A stretch of DNA of 64,000 bases, from the NCBI GenBank assembly GCA_964220215.1, contig CAXPTH010000006.1, positions 59,757 to 123,756 on the forward strand, in the 5' to 3' direction. Each line of letters begins with the position of its first letter. Position 1 is the stretch's first letter. Shown in pieces: positions 29,814-40,839 of the stretch. The notes below the pieces were generated by a model. The model was given only the letters and a program-made list of their open reading frames with translations. It was not told where the DNA came from and searched no databases. Origin of the DNA: Alteromonas sp. (lineage in GTDB: Bacteria; Margulisbacteria; Marinamargulisbacteria; UBA6595). The translations under genes and the position numbers were made by a program.

Positions 29814-30581
29814 ATGCCAACAACACTTGTGTCGTGGAATGTTAATGGAATTCGAGCTTGTGTCAAAAAAGGTTTTTTAACCTATTTGCAAGAAACCGAA
29901 CCCGACGTGCTATTGCTGCAAGAAACCAAGGCCCACCCGGATGTATTAGACGATACAATTCTAAATCCAATCGGCTATCATACAGCCTGGGAAGGGGCTG
30001 AAAAAAAAGGCTACAGTGGCACAGCCTTATTCAGCAAGACCAATCCCATAACTGTCATCAAAGGCTTTGGTAATCCCAAATTTGATTGTGAAGCCCGCGT
30101 GATGAGTGCCATTTATCCTGACTTTACCGTACTGGGCGTGTATTTTCCCAATGGGCAAAAAGATGACGAGCGTTTGCAGTATAAATTGGAATTCTATGAT
30201 CATTTTTTTGCCTATTGTCGGGATCTAAGGGCTCAAGGCCAGTCCCTGGTTATCATGGGCGATTACAACACCGCGCATACCGAGATTGATTTGGCCAACC
30301 CCAAAGAAAATGCCGGCATATCCGGATTCTTACCCATTGAACGCGAGTGGATGGACCGTATTGTAGCCGACGGGTACATTGATACGTTTCGGGTATTTAA
30401 CCAAGACCCCGAGCACTATACCTGGTGGACCTACCGGGCTGCCGCCCGACGACGCAACATTGGATGGCGCATTGATTATGTCTTTATTACCCCCGATCTC
30501 AGGCCTCGGCTGACCGATGCGTTTATTCAATCCGATGTGCTGGGGTCCGACCACTGTCCGGTTGGCATTACTTTGGCATGA
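29814..30581 (+). CDS. xth: Exodeoxyribonuclease III
   Basis: SWNVNGIRA, LQETK, GDYNTAH, GWRIDY, GSDHCP. Confidence 0.96.
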   Translation: MPTTLVSWNVNGIRACVKKGFLTYLQETEPDVLLLQETKAHPDVLDDTILNPIGYHTAWEGAEKKGYSGTALFSKTNPITVIKGFGNPKFDCEARVMSAIYPDFTVLGVYFPNGQKDDERLQYKLEFYDHFFAYCRDLRAQGQSLVIMGDYNTAHTEIDLANPKENAGISGFLPIEREWMDRIVADGYIDTFRVFNQDPEHYTWWTYRAAARRRNIGWRIDYVFITPDLRPRLTDAFIQSDVLGSDHCPVGITLA

Positions 30582-31207
30582 CTCCACCATTGGTGGATGT
30601 GATCTACCCCATTTTAGCGGACTACTATCCGCCGGATCAGGCCTTTTTAACCCATCGCAATGCGTATGAGTTGCTCATTGCCGTTATTTTATCTGCCCAG
30701 TGTACCGACGACCGAGTCAACCAAGTAACTCCAGCGTTGTTTGACGCCTACCCAACCCCTGAGGCGTTGGCCGAGGCATCCCTAGATGCCATCAAAGACA
30801 GGATTCGATCTATTAATTTTTTTAATAATAAAGCCAAAAATATCCAAGCAACGGCACGCAGCTTGCTGGCGAATTTTGGGGGCAATGTTCCAGATACGGT
30901 AGACGCCATGGTTCAGTTGCCTGGGGTGGGTCGAAAAACAGCCAATGTGGTGCTATCCCAATGGTTTAAACAACCCGGTATTGCGGTGGATACGCATGTG
31001 GCGCGGGTCTCTCGCCGGTTGGGATTTCATGGGGATACGGATCCGGTGCGGATTGAGCATCGGTTAAAGGCGGACTGGCCGGAATCGCTGTGGAGCCATT
31101 TGTCGACGTTGTTGATTTTTCACGGGCGCACATTTTGTTTTTCCCGAAAACCATTGTGTCAGACCTGTATTCTTGCGGCGCATTGTCCATCGGAGTCCGT
31201 ATGTTAA
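30578..31207 (+). CDS. nth: Endonuclease III
   Basis: ILSAQCTD, LPGVGRKTAN, VDTHV, C-x6-C-x2-C-x5-C. Confidence 0.96.
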   Translation: MTPPLVDVIYPILADYYPPDQAFLTHRNAYELLIAVILSAQCTDDRVNQVTPALFDAYPTPEALAEASLDAIKDRIRSINFFNNKAKNIQATARSLLANFGGNVPDTVDAMVQLPGVGRKTANVVLSQWFKQPGIAVDTHVARVSRRLGFHGDTDPVRIEHRLKADWPESLWSHLSTLLIFHGRTFCFSRKPLCQTCILAAHCPSESVC

Positions 31208-32790
31208 CGTATTTGCGTATTCAAGACTTTGTAATTATTGAGTCGTGCGAACTGAGTTACGGCGATGGGTTTACAGTTTTAACCGGGGAAACGGGGGCTG
31301 GAAAATCCATTGTGGTGGATGCACTGGCCTTGCTTTTGGGCAAAACCGGGGCCGATAAATGGATTCGAAACGGGTGCGATACCGCTGTGTTGGAAGGGGT
31401 TTTTGAATGGTCGAACCCGCCCGAGGCCATGGCCGACTATATATCCGATGGCCAATGCATTATTCGCCGAATATTAACCCGAGGGAAAACGGGCCGCATT
31501 CAGATCAATGGCCAAACCGTTCCGTTAAAACTTGTGCGGGATTTAGCGCCACAGTTGGCGGTTATTATTGGGCAACATACGGCTGCAACATTTACGGACG
31601 CGATGGCATTGGCGTTGGTTGATAAACAATTTAGTGAATCCGAGCAAGCGGTACTGGCCGCGTATCAAACGGCATGGCAGGGGTATCAAGCGAAACGCCG
31701 AGATTTGGCGCAGTACACCCAACAGATTCAACAAGTTCAAGATCAAACCGAGTTTTTAACCTTTAAACGGGATGATATTGCGGTGCATCAGTTTGAGCCG
31801 GGTGAGGACGAGCGATTAACCGATATTAAAAAACAATTGAGCCGTCGGGATAAGCAGGTGCATGTGTACCGGGCGGTATCCGATCAATTGGGGACGCTTA
31901 ATCAGCTGATTGAGGATATTCAACGCACGACCCGTTCTGAACCGGACTTGGCTCCGGTAGACCAAGTCTGTGAACAAATTGTTCCGTTGCTTGATACGGC
32001 TTTGGATCACGTGTTGAGTAGGCAGCGATCCATGGATGCGTTGGACGGGGATATTGATGCGATTGAAGCACGGTTGGACTGTATCTTTAAGCTTAAAACA
32101 AAATACAAGGCGCAATCCGTGGATGCTTTATTGGAACAGCTGGCAACGGTGAATGCCCAATTGGCACTCATCACGGGGGATGATGCTGGGTACAAGGCGT
32201 GTCAAACCGAGTGCGATGCATTGTATGCAACCGTGATGGACCTGGGCCAACAGATCCATGCCATTCGATGGTCTCATGCACGCCAATTGGCCACTCGCAT
32301 TGAAGCCAATGTTCAGGATTTGGATTTGGTGGGGGCACGGGTGGATTTGGCGATGACGGAGCAGCCATGCGGCCCCTTGGGGATCTCGCAGTGTTGCATT
32401 CAAGCGTCGTTAAATGCGGGTCAGCCCCTGCAGCCCATTGCAGCCGTGGCGTCTGGTGGGGAATTGTCTCGGTTATTACTGGCAATGATTTGCGCCAATT
32501 TAAATGAATCCGATATTCCGTTGACGGTGGTGTTTGATGAAATTGATGCTGGCATTGGGGGGATTACGGGGCATGGTATTGGCCAAAAGTTAGCGGCATT
32601 AGCCGCGCATCATCAGGTGCTGTGTGTGACGCATTTGGCCCAAGTGGCGCAGCAAGCCAATCATCATTTTTACATCAGTAAAACCAACGCACAGGCTGTG
32701 TGGCAGGTGGCCAGTTTGTCCAATGCGGATCGAAAAGCCGAACTGGCCCGCATGATTGGCGGGAAAGCCACACTGGATGAGTTGTTGTAG
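31201..32790 (+). CDS. recN: DNA repair protein RecN
   Basis: TGETGAGKS, ASGGELSR, FDEIDAGIGG, THLAQVA, ELARMIGG. Confidence 0.93.
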   Translation: MLTYLRIQDFVIIESCELSYGDGFTVLTGETGAGKSIVVDALALLLGKTGADKWIRNGCDTAVLEGVFEWSNPPEAMADYISDGQCIIRRILTRGKTGRIQINGQTVPLKLVRDLAPQLAVIIGQHTAATFTDAMALALVDKQFSESEQAVLAAYQTAWQGYQAKRRDLAQYTQQIQQVQDQTEFLTFKRDDIAVHQFEPGEDERLTDIKKQLSRRDKQVHVYRAVSDQLGTLNQLIEDIQRTTRSEPDLAPVDQVCEQIVPLLDTALDHVLSRQRSMDALDGDIDAIEARLDCIFKLKTKYKAQSVDALLEQLATVNAQLALITGDDAGYKACQTECDALYATVMDLGQQIHAIRWSHARQLATRIEANVQDLDLVGARVDLAMTEQPCGPLGISQCCIQASLNAGQPLQPIAAVASGGELSRLLLAMICANLNESDIPLTVVFDEIDAGIGGITGHGIGQKLAALAAHHQVLCVTHLAQVAQQANHHFYISKTNAQAVWQVASLSNADRKAELARMIGGKATLDELL

Positions 32791-32820
32791 GGGGAATATA
32801 GAGTGTATACTATATAAAGT

Positions 32821-34665
32821 ATGTGTGGCATCATTGGGTATTTAGGCGACAAAGATATTACCTCAATTCTATTGGTTGGTTTGGAGCGGTTAAGCTATCG
32901 GGGCTATGACTCATCGGGCATTGCGATTGTATCGCCGGATGCTGAGCTGTCTGTTTGGAAAGAACCGGGTAAACTGACCTGTTTAACCGAAGCCTTAAAA
33001 GGCTATGCATTGCAAGGCAACGTGGGCATTGGGCATACCCGATGGGCAACCCATGGCCAAGCCGATAAAGCCAATGCACACCCGCATACCAGTCAAAATC
33101 GCCGAGTGGCTATTGTGCACAATGGCATTATTGAAAATTATGCAGAATTAAAAAAAGACTTGGTGGCCCAAGGTGTATTGTTTCAATCGCAAACGGATTC
33201 TGAGGTTATTGTTCAGTTAATTGAGCAGCAATTAGACCAAGGGATTGTGGCTGCCGTTGAAGCCACTTGCCAACGTTTAGTTGGGAGTTTTGCCATTGCG
33301 GTGGTGTCAGAAACCCATCCGGATACGATTGTGGTGGCCCGACACGGTAGCCCGTTAATGATTGGGTGTGGTGAGTCTGAAAATTACATTTCTTCCGATA
33401 TTAATGCACTGTTGGTGCATACCAAGTCAATTATTGCCCTAGATGATCATGAATTAGCCGTGGTGACCCGCGATTCGGTTCAGGTCAAACAAATTGGTGG
33501 GGATCCGGTGGAAAAAATTGTTGAAACGATTCAATGGGATGCGAGTACAGCCGATAAAGACGGGTACCCCCATTATATGCTCAAAGAAATTTACGAGCAA
33601 CCTACCGTTATCAAGCATATTTTGTCCAAAACCGTGAATGGTCATACAGTTGGGGACACGGTTCCGACTTGGTTTAAGCATTTGCGTATGGGCAATGACC
33701 AGTTGGCCAAAGCCTCTCGATTTATGATTCAGGCTTGTGGAACCTCTCGGTATGCGGGCATGATTGGAAAATATTTGATTGAACAAGATACCCATATTCC
33801 GGTTGAAGTGGATATGTCGTCGGAGTTTCGGTATCGAGGGATGATTAACGATGGCCACAATGTGGTGATTGGTATTTCACAATCGGGGGAAACAGCCGAT
33901 ACGTTGGCCTGTTTGCGGATGGCTAAAAGCAAGTTTTTTCCGGTTCTTTCGTTTGTGAATGTTAAAGGCAGTTCAATGGATCGGGAATCCGATGGCGTGA
34001 TTTACACGCATGCGGGCCAAGAAGTTGGCGTGGCCAGTACCAAAAACTATGTGGCTCAATTGTTGAATTTATATTTATTTAGTTTATACTTGGCTCAGCT
34101 CAAATGGACCATATCGCCGGCGGATATTGCGGCACGGTTGGATGGGTTGTCGCGGTTGCCTGCGCATATTGAAACGTGTTTGGCCCAAAGTCAGCAGATT
34201 CAAGCCATTGCCAATCGGTTTTGCCATCATAAACACTTTTTGTTTATTGGCCGGGGGATGAATTATCCATCGGCTTTAGAGGGCGCGCTAAAACTTAAAG
34301 AAATCTCATATATTCATGCGACAGGGTATGCTGCGGGTGAATTGAAGCATGGGCCCATTGCCTTGATTGACGAGCATTTGCCGGTTGTGTGTTTGGCGCC
34401 TCAATCCAGCACGTATGACAAGATGATGGCCAATATCGAAGAAGTCAAAGCGCGCAACGCGCAGTTGATTATCATTGCGACGGAGGGGGATGAGCGAGTG
34501 AAAGCGTATTCGGATCATGTGATTTATATTCCCAATGTGGATGAAGCCTTAACACCGATGCTAATGGCGATCCCCTTGCAGTTGTTGGCTTATTATACGG
34601 CGGTTGCTTTGCAATGCGATGTGGATCAGCCCCGCAACCTAGCTAAAAGTGTGACGGTTGAGTAA
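32821..34665 (+). CDS. glmS: Glutamine-fructose-6-phosphate transaminase
   Basis: MCGIIG, GHTRWATHG, SQSGETAD, PRNLAKSVTVE. Confidence 0.98.
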   Translation: MCGIIGYLGDKDITSILLVGLERLSYRGYDSSGIAIVSPDAELSVWKEPGKLTCLTEALKGYALQGNVGIGHTRWATHGQADKANAHPHTSQNRRVAIVHNGIIENYAELKKDLVAQGVLFQSQTDSEVIVQLIEQQLDQGIVAAVEATCQRLVGSFAIAVVSETHPDTIVVARHGSPLMIGCGESENYISSDINALLVHTKSIIALDDHELAVVTRDSVQVKQIGGDPVEKIVETIQWDASTADKDGYPHYMLKEIYEQPTVIKHILSKTVNGHTVGDTVPTWFKHLRMGNDQLAKASRFMIQACGTSRYAGMIGKYLIEQDTHIPVEVDMSSEFRYRGMINDGHNVVIGISQSGETADTLACLRMAKSKFFPVLSFVNVKGSSMDRESDGVIYTHAGQEVGVASTKNYVAQLLNLYLFSLYLAQLKWTISPADIAARLDGLSRLPAHIETCLAQSQQIQAIANRFCHHKHFLFIGRGMNYPSALEGALKLKEISYIHATGYAAGELKHGPIALIDEHLPVVCLAPQSSTYDKMMANIEEVKARNAQLIIIATEGDERVKAYSDHVIYIPNVDEALTPMLMAIPLQLLAYYTAVALQCDVDQPRNLAKSVTVE

Positions 34666-35179
34666 TCACCTGCCCAGTAACATTGCCTTAATTGGCATGA
34701 TGGGGAGCGGAAAAACCAGTTTGGGGCGTCGGTTAGCGGGGTTGGTTGGGTATGATTTTTTGGATACCGATTATAATATTGAATGCCAAACGGGGTATCA
34801 TATACAAGCGTTATTTGCATTGAAAGGGGAGTCTTATTTTCGAGAGTTAGAAGCCAAATGGTGTCAATCCGTTCTTCCCACGCTTAGTAAGACAGTTATT
34901 GCGACTGGCGGGGGGTTGGTGCTTAACCCAGAGAATCAGGCCGCATTGCGTCAACACAGTACGGTGGTGTGGTTGGATGTACCAGTGGATGATTTAAAAA
35001 AACGCTTAAAATCCGATAAGAAACGCCCATTGTCCGATCAGTTGGATACCTTGTACACAACCCGAAAACCCGTGTATGCGGCCAGTGCTCATATTCATTT
35101 TCCTTACGATGACGCCGTTGTGGATACGGCCCACAACGCCTTGCACCATGCGTTATTGCCAAACAGTGAAACCCCGTAA
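34658..35179 (+). CDS. aroK: Shikimate kinase
   Basis: GMMGSGKTS, GESYFRELE, ATGGG, RPL. Confidence 0.93.
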   Translation: MSNHLPSNIALIGMMGSGKTSLGRRLAGLVGYDFLDTDYNIECQTGYHIQALFALKGESYFRELEAKWCQSVLPTLSKTVIATGGGLVLNPENQAALRQHSTVVWLDVPVDDLKKRLKSDKKRPLSDQLDTLYTTRKPVYAASAHIHFPYDDAVVDTAHNALHHALLPNSETP

Positions 35180-35200
35180 CTGTGGTATACTAAAGATCTA

Positions 35201-36367
35201 ATGTTGGGTACACTCAAACGCTATCGATTGGCTATAATTGCTTTGGTGATCGGTCTGTTTTTAGGGGGAGCGGGCAGTAAATTTAGTCCGGACTTGAGTT
35301 TGGTTAGTTATGTGTACGATATTTTGTCGTTGCAATATGTAGACAAAGACTTGGATTCTGAAGCCATGGTGCATGGGGCGATTCGTGGAATTTTGGCATC
35401 GTTGGATGATCCATACACCCGGTTTATGGAGCCTAAAAATTATTCGGAAATGAAAATACGGTTATCGGGCGAGTTTTCAGGCATTGGGATTCAAATTGGG
35501 ATGCGAGATGATCGGTTAACTGTGATATCTCCTATTTTTGATACCCCGGCGTATCATGCAGGTTTAAAATCAGGGGATAAAATTCTGAGTATCAACAATG
35601 AGTCAACGAAAGGCTTGGGGCTAAACGAGGCGGTAACAAAAATTCGAGGGCCTATTGGAAAGGCTGTTGTATTGTCTATTTTGAGTATGAATGAATCGGA
35701 TCCTCGGGATGTAACGATTGTTCGGGATACGATTATTATTAAATCAATTGAAAAGCGTGCCGTATTTGATGACCATATTGGGTATTTAAGATATTCAACA
35801 TTTGAAAATAAACACGGATCTGAAGAATTAGAATTGGCGATTCGTGAGTTGCAGTCGGATGGGGTGGATCGGTTAATATTGGATTTGCGAGACAATGGTG
35901 GCGGGCTGTTGGATGGGGCTGTGGAATTGACCAGTTTTTTTGTTCCCACTGGGGATGTGGTGCATACGGTGGATCGCAATGACGATCGGCAGTCGTTGCA
36001 GGTATCGGGCGAAGCGTTTTATACGGATCCGTTGGTCGTATTGGTCAATCAGGGGTCGGCATCGTCGTCTGAAATTGTGGCCGGCGCACTGAAAGACCAT
36101 GAACGAGCGGTGATTATCGGAGACCAATCGTTTGGAAAGGCATCGGTTCAAAACGTATTGCCATTGCGCGATGGCTCCGCCGTATTGTACACCATTGCCA
36201 AATATTTAACGCCCAATGGGAACAATATTCATGAGGTGGGAATTTCGCCCAATATTCGCGTGAAACTGGCCACAGAAGATATTAAACTGTATTACGATCC
36301 TGAAACCTATAGCTATGATACGGATGCCCAGTTGCAGGCAGCTATTCAATACATGCGGGCACAGTAA
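35201..36367 (+). CDS. ctpA: S41 C-terminal processing protease with PDZ domain
   Basis: LDDPYT, GIGIQI, DLRDNGGG, SASSSE, FGKASVQ. Confidence 0.9.
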   Translation: MLGTLKRYRLAIIALVIGLFLGGAGSKFSPDLSLVSYVYDILSLQYVDKDLDSEAMVHGAIRGILASLDDPYTRFMEPKNYSEMKIRLSGEFSGIGIQIGMRDDRLTVISPIFDTPAYHAGLKSGDKILSINNESTKGLGLNEAVTKIRGPIGKAVVLSILSMNESDPRDVTIVRDTIIIKSIEKRAVFDDHIGYLRYSTFENKHGSEELELAIRELQSDGVDRLILDLRDNGGGLLDGAVELTSFFVPTGDVVHTVDRNDDRQSLQVSGEAFYTDPLVVLVNQGSASSSEIVAGALKDHERAVIIGDQSFGKASVQNVLPLRDGSAVLYTIAKYLTPNGNNIHEVGISPNIRVKLATEDIKLYYDPETYSYDTDAQLQAAIQYMRAQ

Positions 36368-36380
36368 AAATCTTTTGTTT

Positions 36381-36542
36381 TTAACTGATTACACACCCAT
36401 CTTTTGCGTCCATCAAGGTGATTGCTGGTGGTTCCTTTTTTTGTTCATTTGTTTGAGATGGTTCTTCTAGGTTTCTTTCACGTGCTGGCTGTTGTATAGC
36501 TGGCTGTTGTATAGCTGGCTGCGGTCCATTAGTTGAGATCAT
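36381..36542 (-). CDS. 53-aa orphan peptide ending in a CaaX motif (CVIS); below the ORF-track cutoff
   Basis: Hand translation MISTNGPQPAIQQPAIQQPARERNLEEPSQTNEQKKEPPAITLMDAKDGCVIS*; GGAGG 8 nt before ATG; TATAAT at 36573-36578. Confidence 0.65.
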   Translation of the reverse strand: MISTNGPQPAIQQPAIQQPARERNLEEPSQTNEQKKEPPAITLMDAKDGCVIS

Positions 36543-36621
36543 ATGCGTTTCCTCCAAATTTAAACGAATAAAATTATAGTCTAAAATGTTTTCACTAAGT
36601 ATTCAAGTGATATAAGGGATT

Positions 36622-36921
36622 TTATAGGGATCGCTTTAATCGGTTTAATTTTTTTCGGAGTGTTTGCAAGAGTTCGGATTCGGTATCCAGGGGTGTGTCA
36701 TAAGTCTCACTTTGGCTGGAATGCACCGAGTTTTGAAACCGAAGGGTGGAATCAACATTGGTGCTACCCGATGCTTTGTGTGTCGTTTGTGCCAGTTTTT
36801 CATTAATTAAACCGGCAAATGCCTGAGCAGACTGCTGGGTTTGATTATGCCCAGATTTATGAGTGTTTGCCTGGGCATTACCCAGTTGACTGTGGTGTGA
36901 GCCCCCCATAGACGCAGTCAT
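36622..36921 (-). CDS. Hypothetical protein
   Basis: 99-aa S/Q-rich ORF, ATGA overlap with upstream gene. Confidence 0.6.
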   Translation of the reverse strand: MTASMGGSHHSQLGNAQANTHKSGHNQTQQSAQAFAGLINEKLAQTTHKASGSTNVDSTLRFQNSVHSSQSETYDTPLDTESELLQTLRKKLNRLKRSL

Positions 36922-37178
36922 GATACACCTGGTTTTCGAATAGACAAATTGCGGTAGTTTTCAATAATGCTCAAAACCGACTCTTTTTTTTCAGGATTGG
37001 ACATAATGCTGTTATAGACATAATGAATAAGTTGGGTGTCTTTGTCTGAAATTACATCGCCAATGGTCCCTTCCAGACGCAAAGCGGTGATAATATTCAT
37101 CATAATCATTTTGTCTTCATCCTGAATATTGGGCAATATGAATTTTAAATAACTGGGATAATCGGTATACCGTTTCAT
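36918..37178 (-). CDS. Hypothetical protein
   Basis: 86-aa ORF in operon context. Confidence 0.65.
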   Translation of the reverse strand: MKRYTDYPSYLKFILPNIQDEDKMIMMNIITALRLEGTIGDVISDKDTQLIHYVYNSIMSNPEKKESVLSIIENYRNLSIRKPGVS

Positions 37179-37207
37179 ATAATAACTATCGTTAATTTAA
37201 GCAATAA

Positions 37208-37489
37208 TCATGCATCGCTTCCCAATAAACGGTCGCTTAACTGCGTTAACATCGCTCGAACCTCCGATGCATTTAATTCATAATATACAAATCGTCCACG
37301 TTTAACCGATTGAATAATATTGGCTTTCTTTAATATGTTTAAATGGTGCGATGCCGTGGATTGCTCCAAATAAAAATGCTTTTGAATTTCCTTGGCATAC
37401 AATACTTTATGCTCTAAGAGTAACCGAATAATCTCCATGCGCTCCTCATTGGCTAAGGCTTTATTAAAGCGAACAATCGCATCACGCAT
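37208..37489 (-). CDS. ArsR/SmtB family transcriptional regulator
   Basis: KALANEERMEII, QSTASHHLNILK, KRGRFVYY. Confidence 0.9.
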   Translation of the reverse strand: MRDAIVRFNKALANEERMEIIRLLLEHKVLYAKEIQKHFYLEQSTASHHLNILKKANIIQSVKRGRFVYYELNASEVRAMLTQLSDRLLGSDA

Positions 37490-38711
37490 GCGACAGATAC
37501 CGGTCTAAACACGTTGGAATCTGAACGGATCCATCGGCCAGTTGATAGTTTTCAACAATCGCAGCAATTGTTCGATCAATCGCTAGGCCAGAGCCATTGA
37601 GGGTGTACACAAAGGTATTGCTATCGCCACGGTACCGAATGGCAGCGCGACGCGCTTGAAAGTCTGTAAATAACGAGCAAGATGAAATTTCTCGATAGGT
37701 ATTTTGGGCGGGCAACCAGACTTCAATATCATAGGTCTTGCTGGCCCCAAACCCCAGATCCCCAGAACACAACGTCACAACCTGATAGGGAAGCTCCAGG
37801 GCATCCAAAATACCACAAGCCGTGTCCAATAGCTCAAGGAGTGCCGCTTCACCGGTTTCGGGTTTAACCAATTGCACCAGCTCTACTTTATCAAATTGAT
37901 GCAACCGAATGAGGCCTTTGGTGTCTCGGCCATACGATCCAGCTTCTTTACGAAAACACGGGGTGTACCCGGTTAGTTTAATGGGCAGCTCGGATTCAGC
38001 AATTAATTCGCCGTGATAATAATTGGTCAGCTGGACTTCAGCCGTTGGGCTTAACCAATACTCGGTATCGGCGCACTGAAACAAATCGGCATCAAACTTG
38101 GGTAGCTGACCGGTTCCGGTTAAACTGGTACGATTGACCAAGACAGGCGGCGATAATTCCTGATAACCGGCACGCAGGTTGTGGTCCAACATAAACTGAA
38201 TTAAGGCCCGTTTGAGCCGAGCCCCAAACCCACAATAGGTGACAAACCGCGAGCCATTAATACGCGCTGTTCGTTCTGTATCCACCCAACGCAATTGCTC
38301 CAAAATGGCATCATGGGACTGAGGGGCAAACTCAAATTCCGGCACGGGACGACTGGGGGAGCGAAACACCGTATTGCCACTGGCATCGGGCCCGGTTGGG
38401 ATGTCATCAGCCGGAATATTGGGCACATAGAGCAAGGCTGTTCGATAGGCCATCTCAGCCGAGTCAACGGCTTGTTTGGCGGCTTTAACCGACTCCGATA
38501 ATTGGGCCAAGGCTACTTTTTCTTCATCCGTGGGTTTGCGTTTGGGGGTGGCTGCATTTTGTTCTGCTTTTAGTGTTTCAAAGGCGTGCAAGGCCGATTT
38601 CCACTCGTGGTAAGCCGCACGAGCTTGCTCAACAACAGCGGTGCAATCCCCACGCCGATTTAAGGCATTGAGTAGCGTATCGGGATGATCCAAGCGTTTG
38701 GGGTCAATCAT
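37482..38711 (-). CDS. serS: Serine-tRNA ligase
   Basis: GTGQLPKF, PTAEV, FRKEAG, RLHQFDKVE, EISSCS, TLNGSGLA. Confidence 0.97.
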   Translation of the reverse strand: MIDPKRLDHPDTLLNALNRRGDCTAVVEQARAAYHEWKSALHAFETLKAEQNAATPKRKPTDEEKVALAQLSESVKAAKQAVDSAEMAYRTALLYVPNIPADDIPTGPDASGNTVFRSPSRPVPEFEFAPQSHDAILEQLRWVDTERTARINGSRFVTYCGFGARLKRALIQFMLDHNLRAGYQELSPPVLVNRTSLTGTGQLPKFDADLFQCADTEYWLSPTAEVQLTNYYHGELIAESELPIKLTGYTPCFRKEAGSYGRDTKGLIRLHQFDKVELVQLVKPETGEAALLELLDTACGILDALELPYQVVTLCSGDLGFGASKTYDIEVWLPAQNTYREISSCSLFTDFQARRAAIRYRGDSNTFVYTLNGSGLAIDRTIAAIVENYQLADGSVQIPTCLDRYLSHA

Positions 38712-39562
38712 TCGGCTTTGGGGTAAGATCCGAGCCACTGGTATCGGTTTTCTCGGCCAATTTGATTTAAAATGGTTTGAATGATAGGCTCATCTTTATG
38801 CCCTTCAAAATCAATAAAAAAGACATAATTGCCCAATTTATTTCGGGCCGGTCTGGACTCAACTTTGGTTAGGTTAATGCTTGCTTCGGCAAAATGCTGC
38901 AAGGTGGTGGCTAGCGTCCCGGGCTCATTGTGGCGAGGAAATAAAATCATGGAGGTTTTGTCATTGCCTGTCGCTGTGGCGTGATGCCGAGATACCACCA
39001 CAAATCGGGTAATATTGGGGGTGACGTCATTAATATTTTTCGCCACAATATGCAGTCCATAGTGGTCGGCCAATTGCTCAGAACCAATAACACCCACGTG
39101 CTCGGGCGCATAGTCTGACAACTCGTTGTTCGCCAGCAATTCGGCGGCTTTGCTTGTTGAAATCGTGGCGTGCGTTTGGGCGGTTGGCCAATGCTTGCTC
39201 AAATACTGTTGGCATTGGGACAAGGCCTGAGTGTGGGACATAATCAATTGGATGTTCGATTCCTTGGACTGTGTTAGCAAACAATGCGATACTGGACACA
39301 ACAACTCCGCCACAATATAGGTATTGGCATGGTTTAAAAATAAATCCATAATATTTGAAACGGCGCCCTCAATGGAATTTTCAACCGGCACAATAATCGC
39401 ATCAATCGTTTGTTTGGATAACATGAAAAACAATTCAAAAAACGATTGACAGGGTTGAATTGCCACACCCGGGTTTTGATTGGCCCACTGCACAGCCGCT
39501 TGATTGGAATACGTTCCAATCGGTCCTAAATAGCCAAGGGTATTAATGAGCGGCTTTGGCAT
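38708..39562 (-). CDS. pheA: Prephenate dehydratase
   Basis: [30 protein letters not shown]. Confidence 0.93.
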   Translation of the reverse strand: MPKPLINTLGYLGPIGTYSNQAAVQWANQNPGVAIQPCQSFFELFFMLSKQTIDAIIVPVENSIEGAVSNIMDLFLNHANTYIVAELLCPVSHCLLTQSKESNIQLIMSHTQALSQCQQYLSKHWPTAQTHATISTSKAAELLANNELSDYAPEHVGVIGSEQLADHYGLHIVAKNINDVTPNITRFVVVSRHHATATGNDKTSMILFPRHNEPGTLATTLQHFAEASINLTKVESRPARNKLGNYVFFIDFEGHKDEPIIQTILNQIGRENRYQWLGSYPKAE

Positions 39563-40808
39563 TGACCAGTTCCGGATACAAAGGGAATTGACGGGTTAAG
39601 GCCAACACATCGTGTTGAATTGCCGCCGTATCGCGTGTTTTTAATAAGCAATCCGCAATTAAGTCTCCAATATGCGTACACTCAGCAGTGCCCATGCCAC
39701 GCGCCGTTACAGCGGGGGAGCCCACACGGATACCCGATGTCACAAAAGGGGATTCAGTTTCAAATGGAATTGTATTTTTATTGACAGTGATTCCGCAGGT
39801 TTCCAAATCCAAGGAGGCTGATTTGCCGGTTAAGCCTTGCGGTTGTAAGTCAACCAACACCAAGTGATTGTCTGTACCGCCAGTACACAAGGTAAACCCA
39901 CGGGCAATCAATGCAGCCCCAATGGCTTGAGCATTGTGAATAACCTGTTGTTGATACTGTTTGTACTCTGGCTGAAGGGCATCTTTAAAACAAGCCGCTT
40001 TGGCTGCTATGACATGCACCAATGGGCCGCCCTGGGTGCCTGGAAACACCGCTTTGTTTATGGCTTTTTCATGCTCCGCTTTGCATAAAATAATGCCGCC
40101 CCGTGGGCCTTTAAGTGTTTTATGGGTAGTGGTTGTTACCACATCAGCGTGAGGAACTGGACTGGGGTGAAGGCCAGCGGCAACCAAACCCGAAATATGG
40201 GCCATGTCCACCATTAAGTACGCCCCTACGGAATCCGCAATGGCACGAATTTGTTTGAAATCAATAATGCGCGGATAAGCCGATGCTCCAGCAACGATCA
40301 TTTTTGGCTTGTGCTCCTTGGCCAACTGAGCGATGGCTTCATAATCCAATAGCCCCGTATTTTTGAGGACGCCGTATGAGATAAAATTGAAATATACGCC
40401 AGACATATTCACGGGAGATCCGTGACTCAAGTGCCCGCCATGGGACAGGTCCATACCCAATACGGTATCGCCAGGGTTTAGCAAGGCCAAATACACGGCG
40501 GCATTCGCTTGAGCCCCGGAATGCGGCTGCACATTGGCATGCTCAGCACCAAATACGGCTTTGGCTCGGTCAATCGCCAATTGCTCAATTTGATCCACCC
40601 ATTCGCATCCCCCATAATATCGTTTTCCCGGAAGGCCTTCCGCATACTTATTGGTTAGCCAACTGCCTTGTGCTTCCATAATAGATTCTGTTGTAAAATT
40701 TTCCGATGCAATGAGTTCGAGGCTCTCATTTTGACGGGTTAATTCATGCAGCATTAGGGCATGAAGATCTGGATCGGTTTGCTTTAAATTGGGCAATAGT
40801 TGGGTCAT
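39543..40808 (-). CDS. glyA: Serine hydroxymethyltransferase
   Basis: [25 protein letters not shown]. Confidence 0.98.
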   Translation of the reverse strand: MTQLLPNLKQTDPDLHALMLHELTRQNESLELIASENFTTESIMEAQGSWLTNKYAEGLPGKRYYGGCEWVDQIEQLAIDRAKAVFGAEHANVQPHSGAQANAAVYLALLNPGDTVLGMDLSHGGHLSHGSPVNMSGVYFNFISYGVLKNTGLLDYEAIAQLAKEHKPKMIVAGASAYPRIIDFKQIRAIADSVGAYLMVDMAHISGLVAAGLHPSPVPHADVVTTTTHKTLKGPRGGIILCKAEHEKAINKAVFPGTQGGPLVHVIAAKAACFKDALQPEYKQYQQQVIHNAQAIGAALIARGFTLCTGGTDNHLVLVDLQPQGLTGKSASLDLETCGITVNKNTIPFETESPFVTSGIRVGSPAVTARGMGTAECTHIGDLIADCLLKTRDTAAIQHDVLALTRQFPLYPELVNAKAAH

Positions 40809-40839
40809 AATTTACTCCTTTCAATAGTCATATCAATAT

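Noticed and set aside
32790..32821. glmS ribozyme
   Set aside because: Intergenic gap is only about 30 nt
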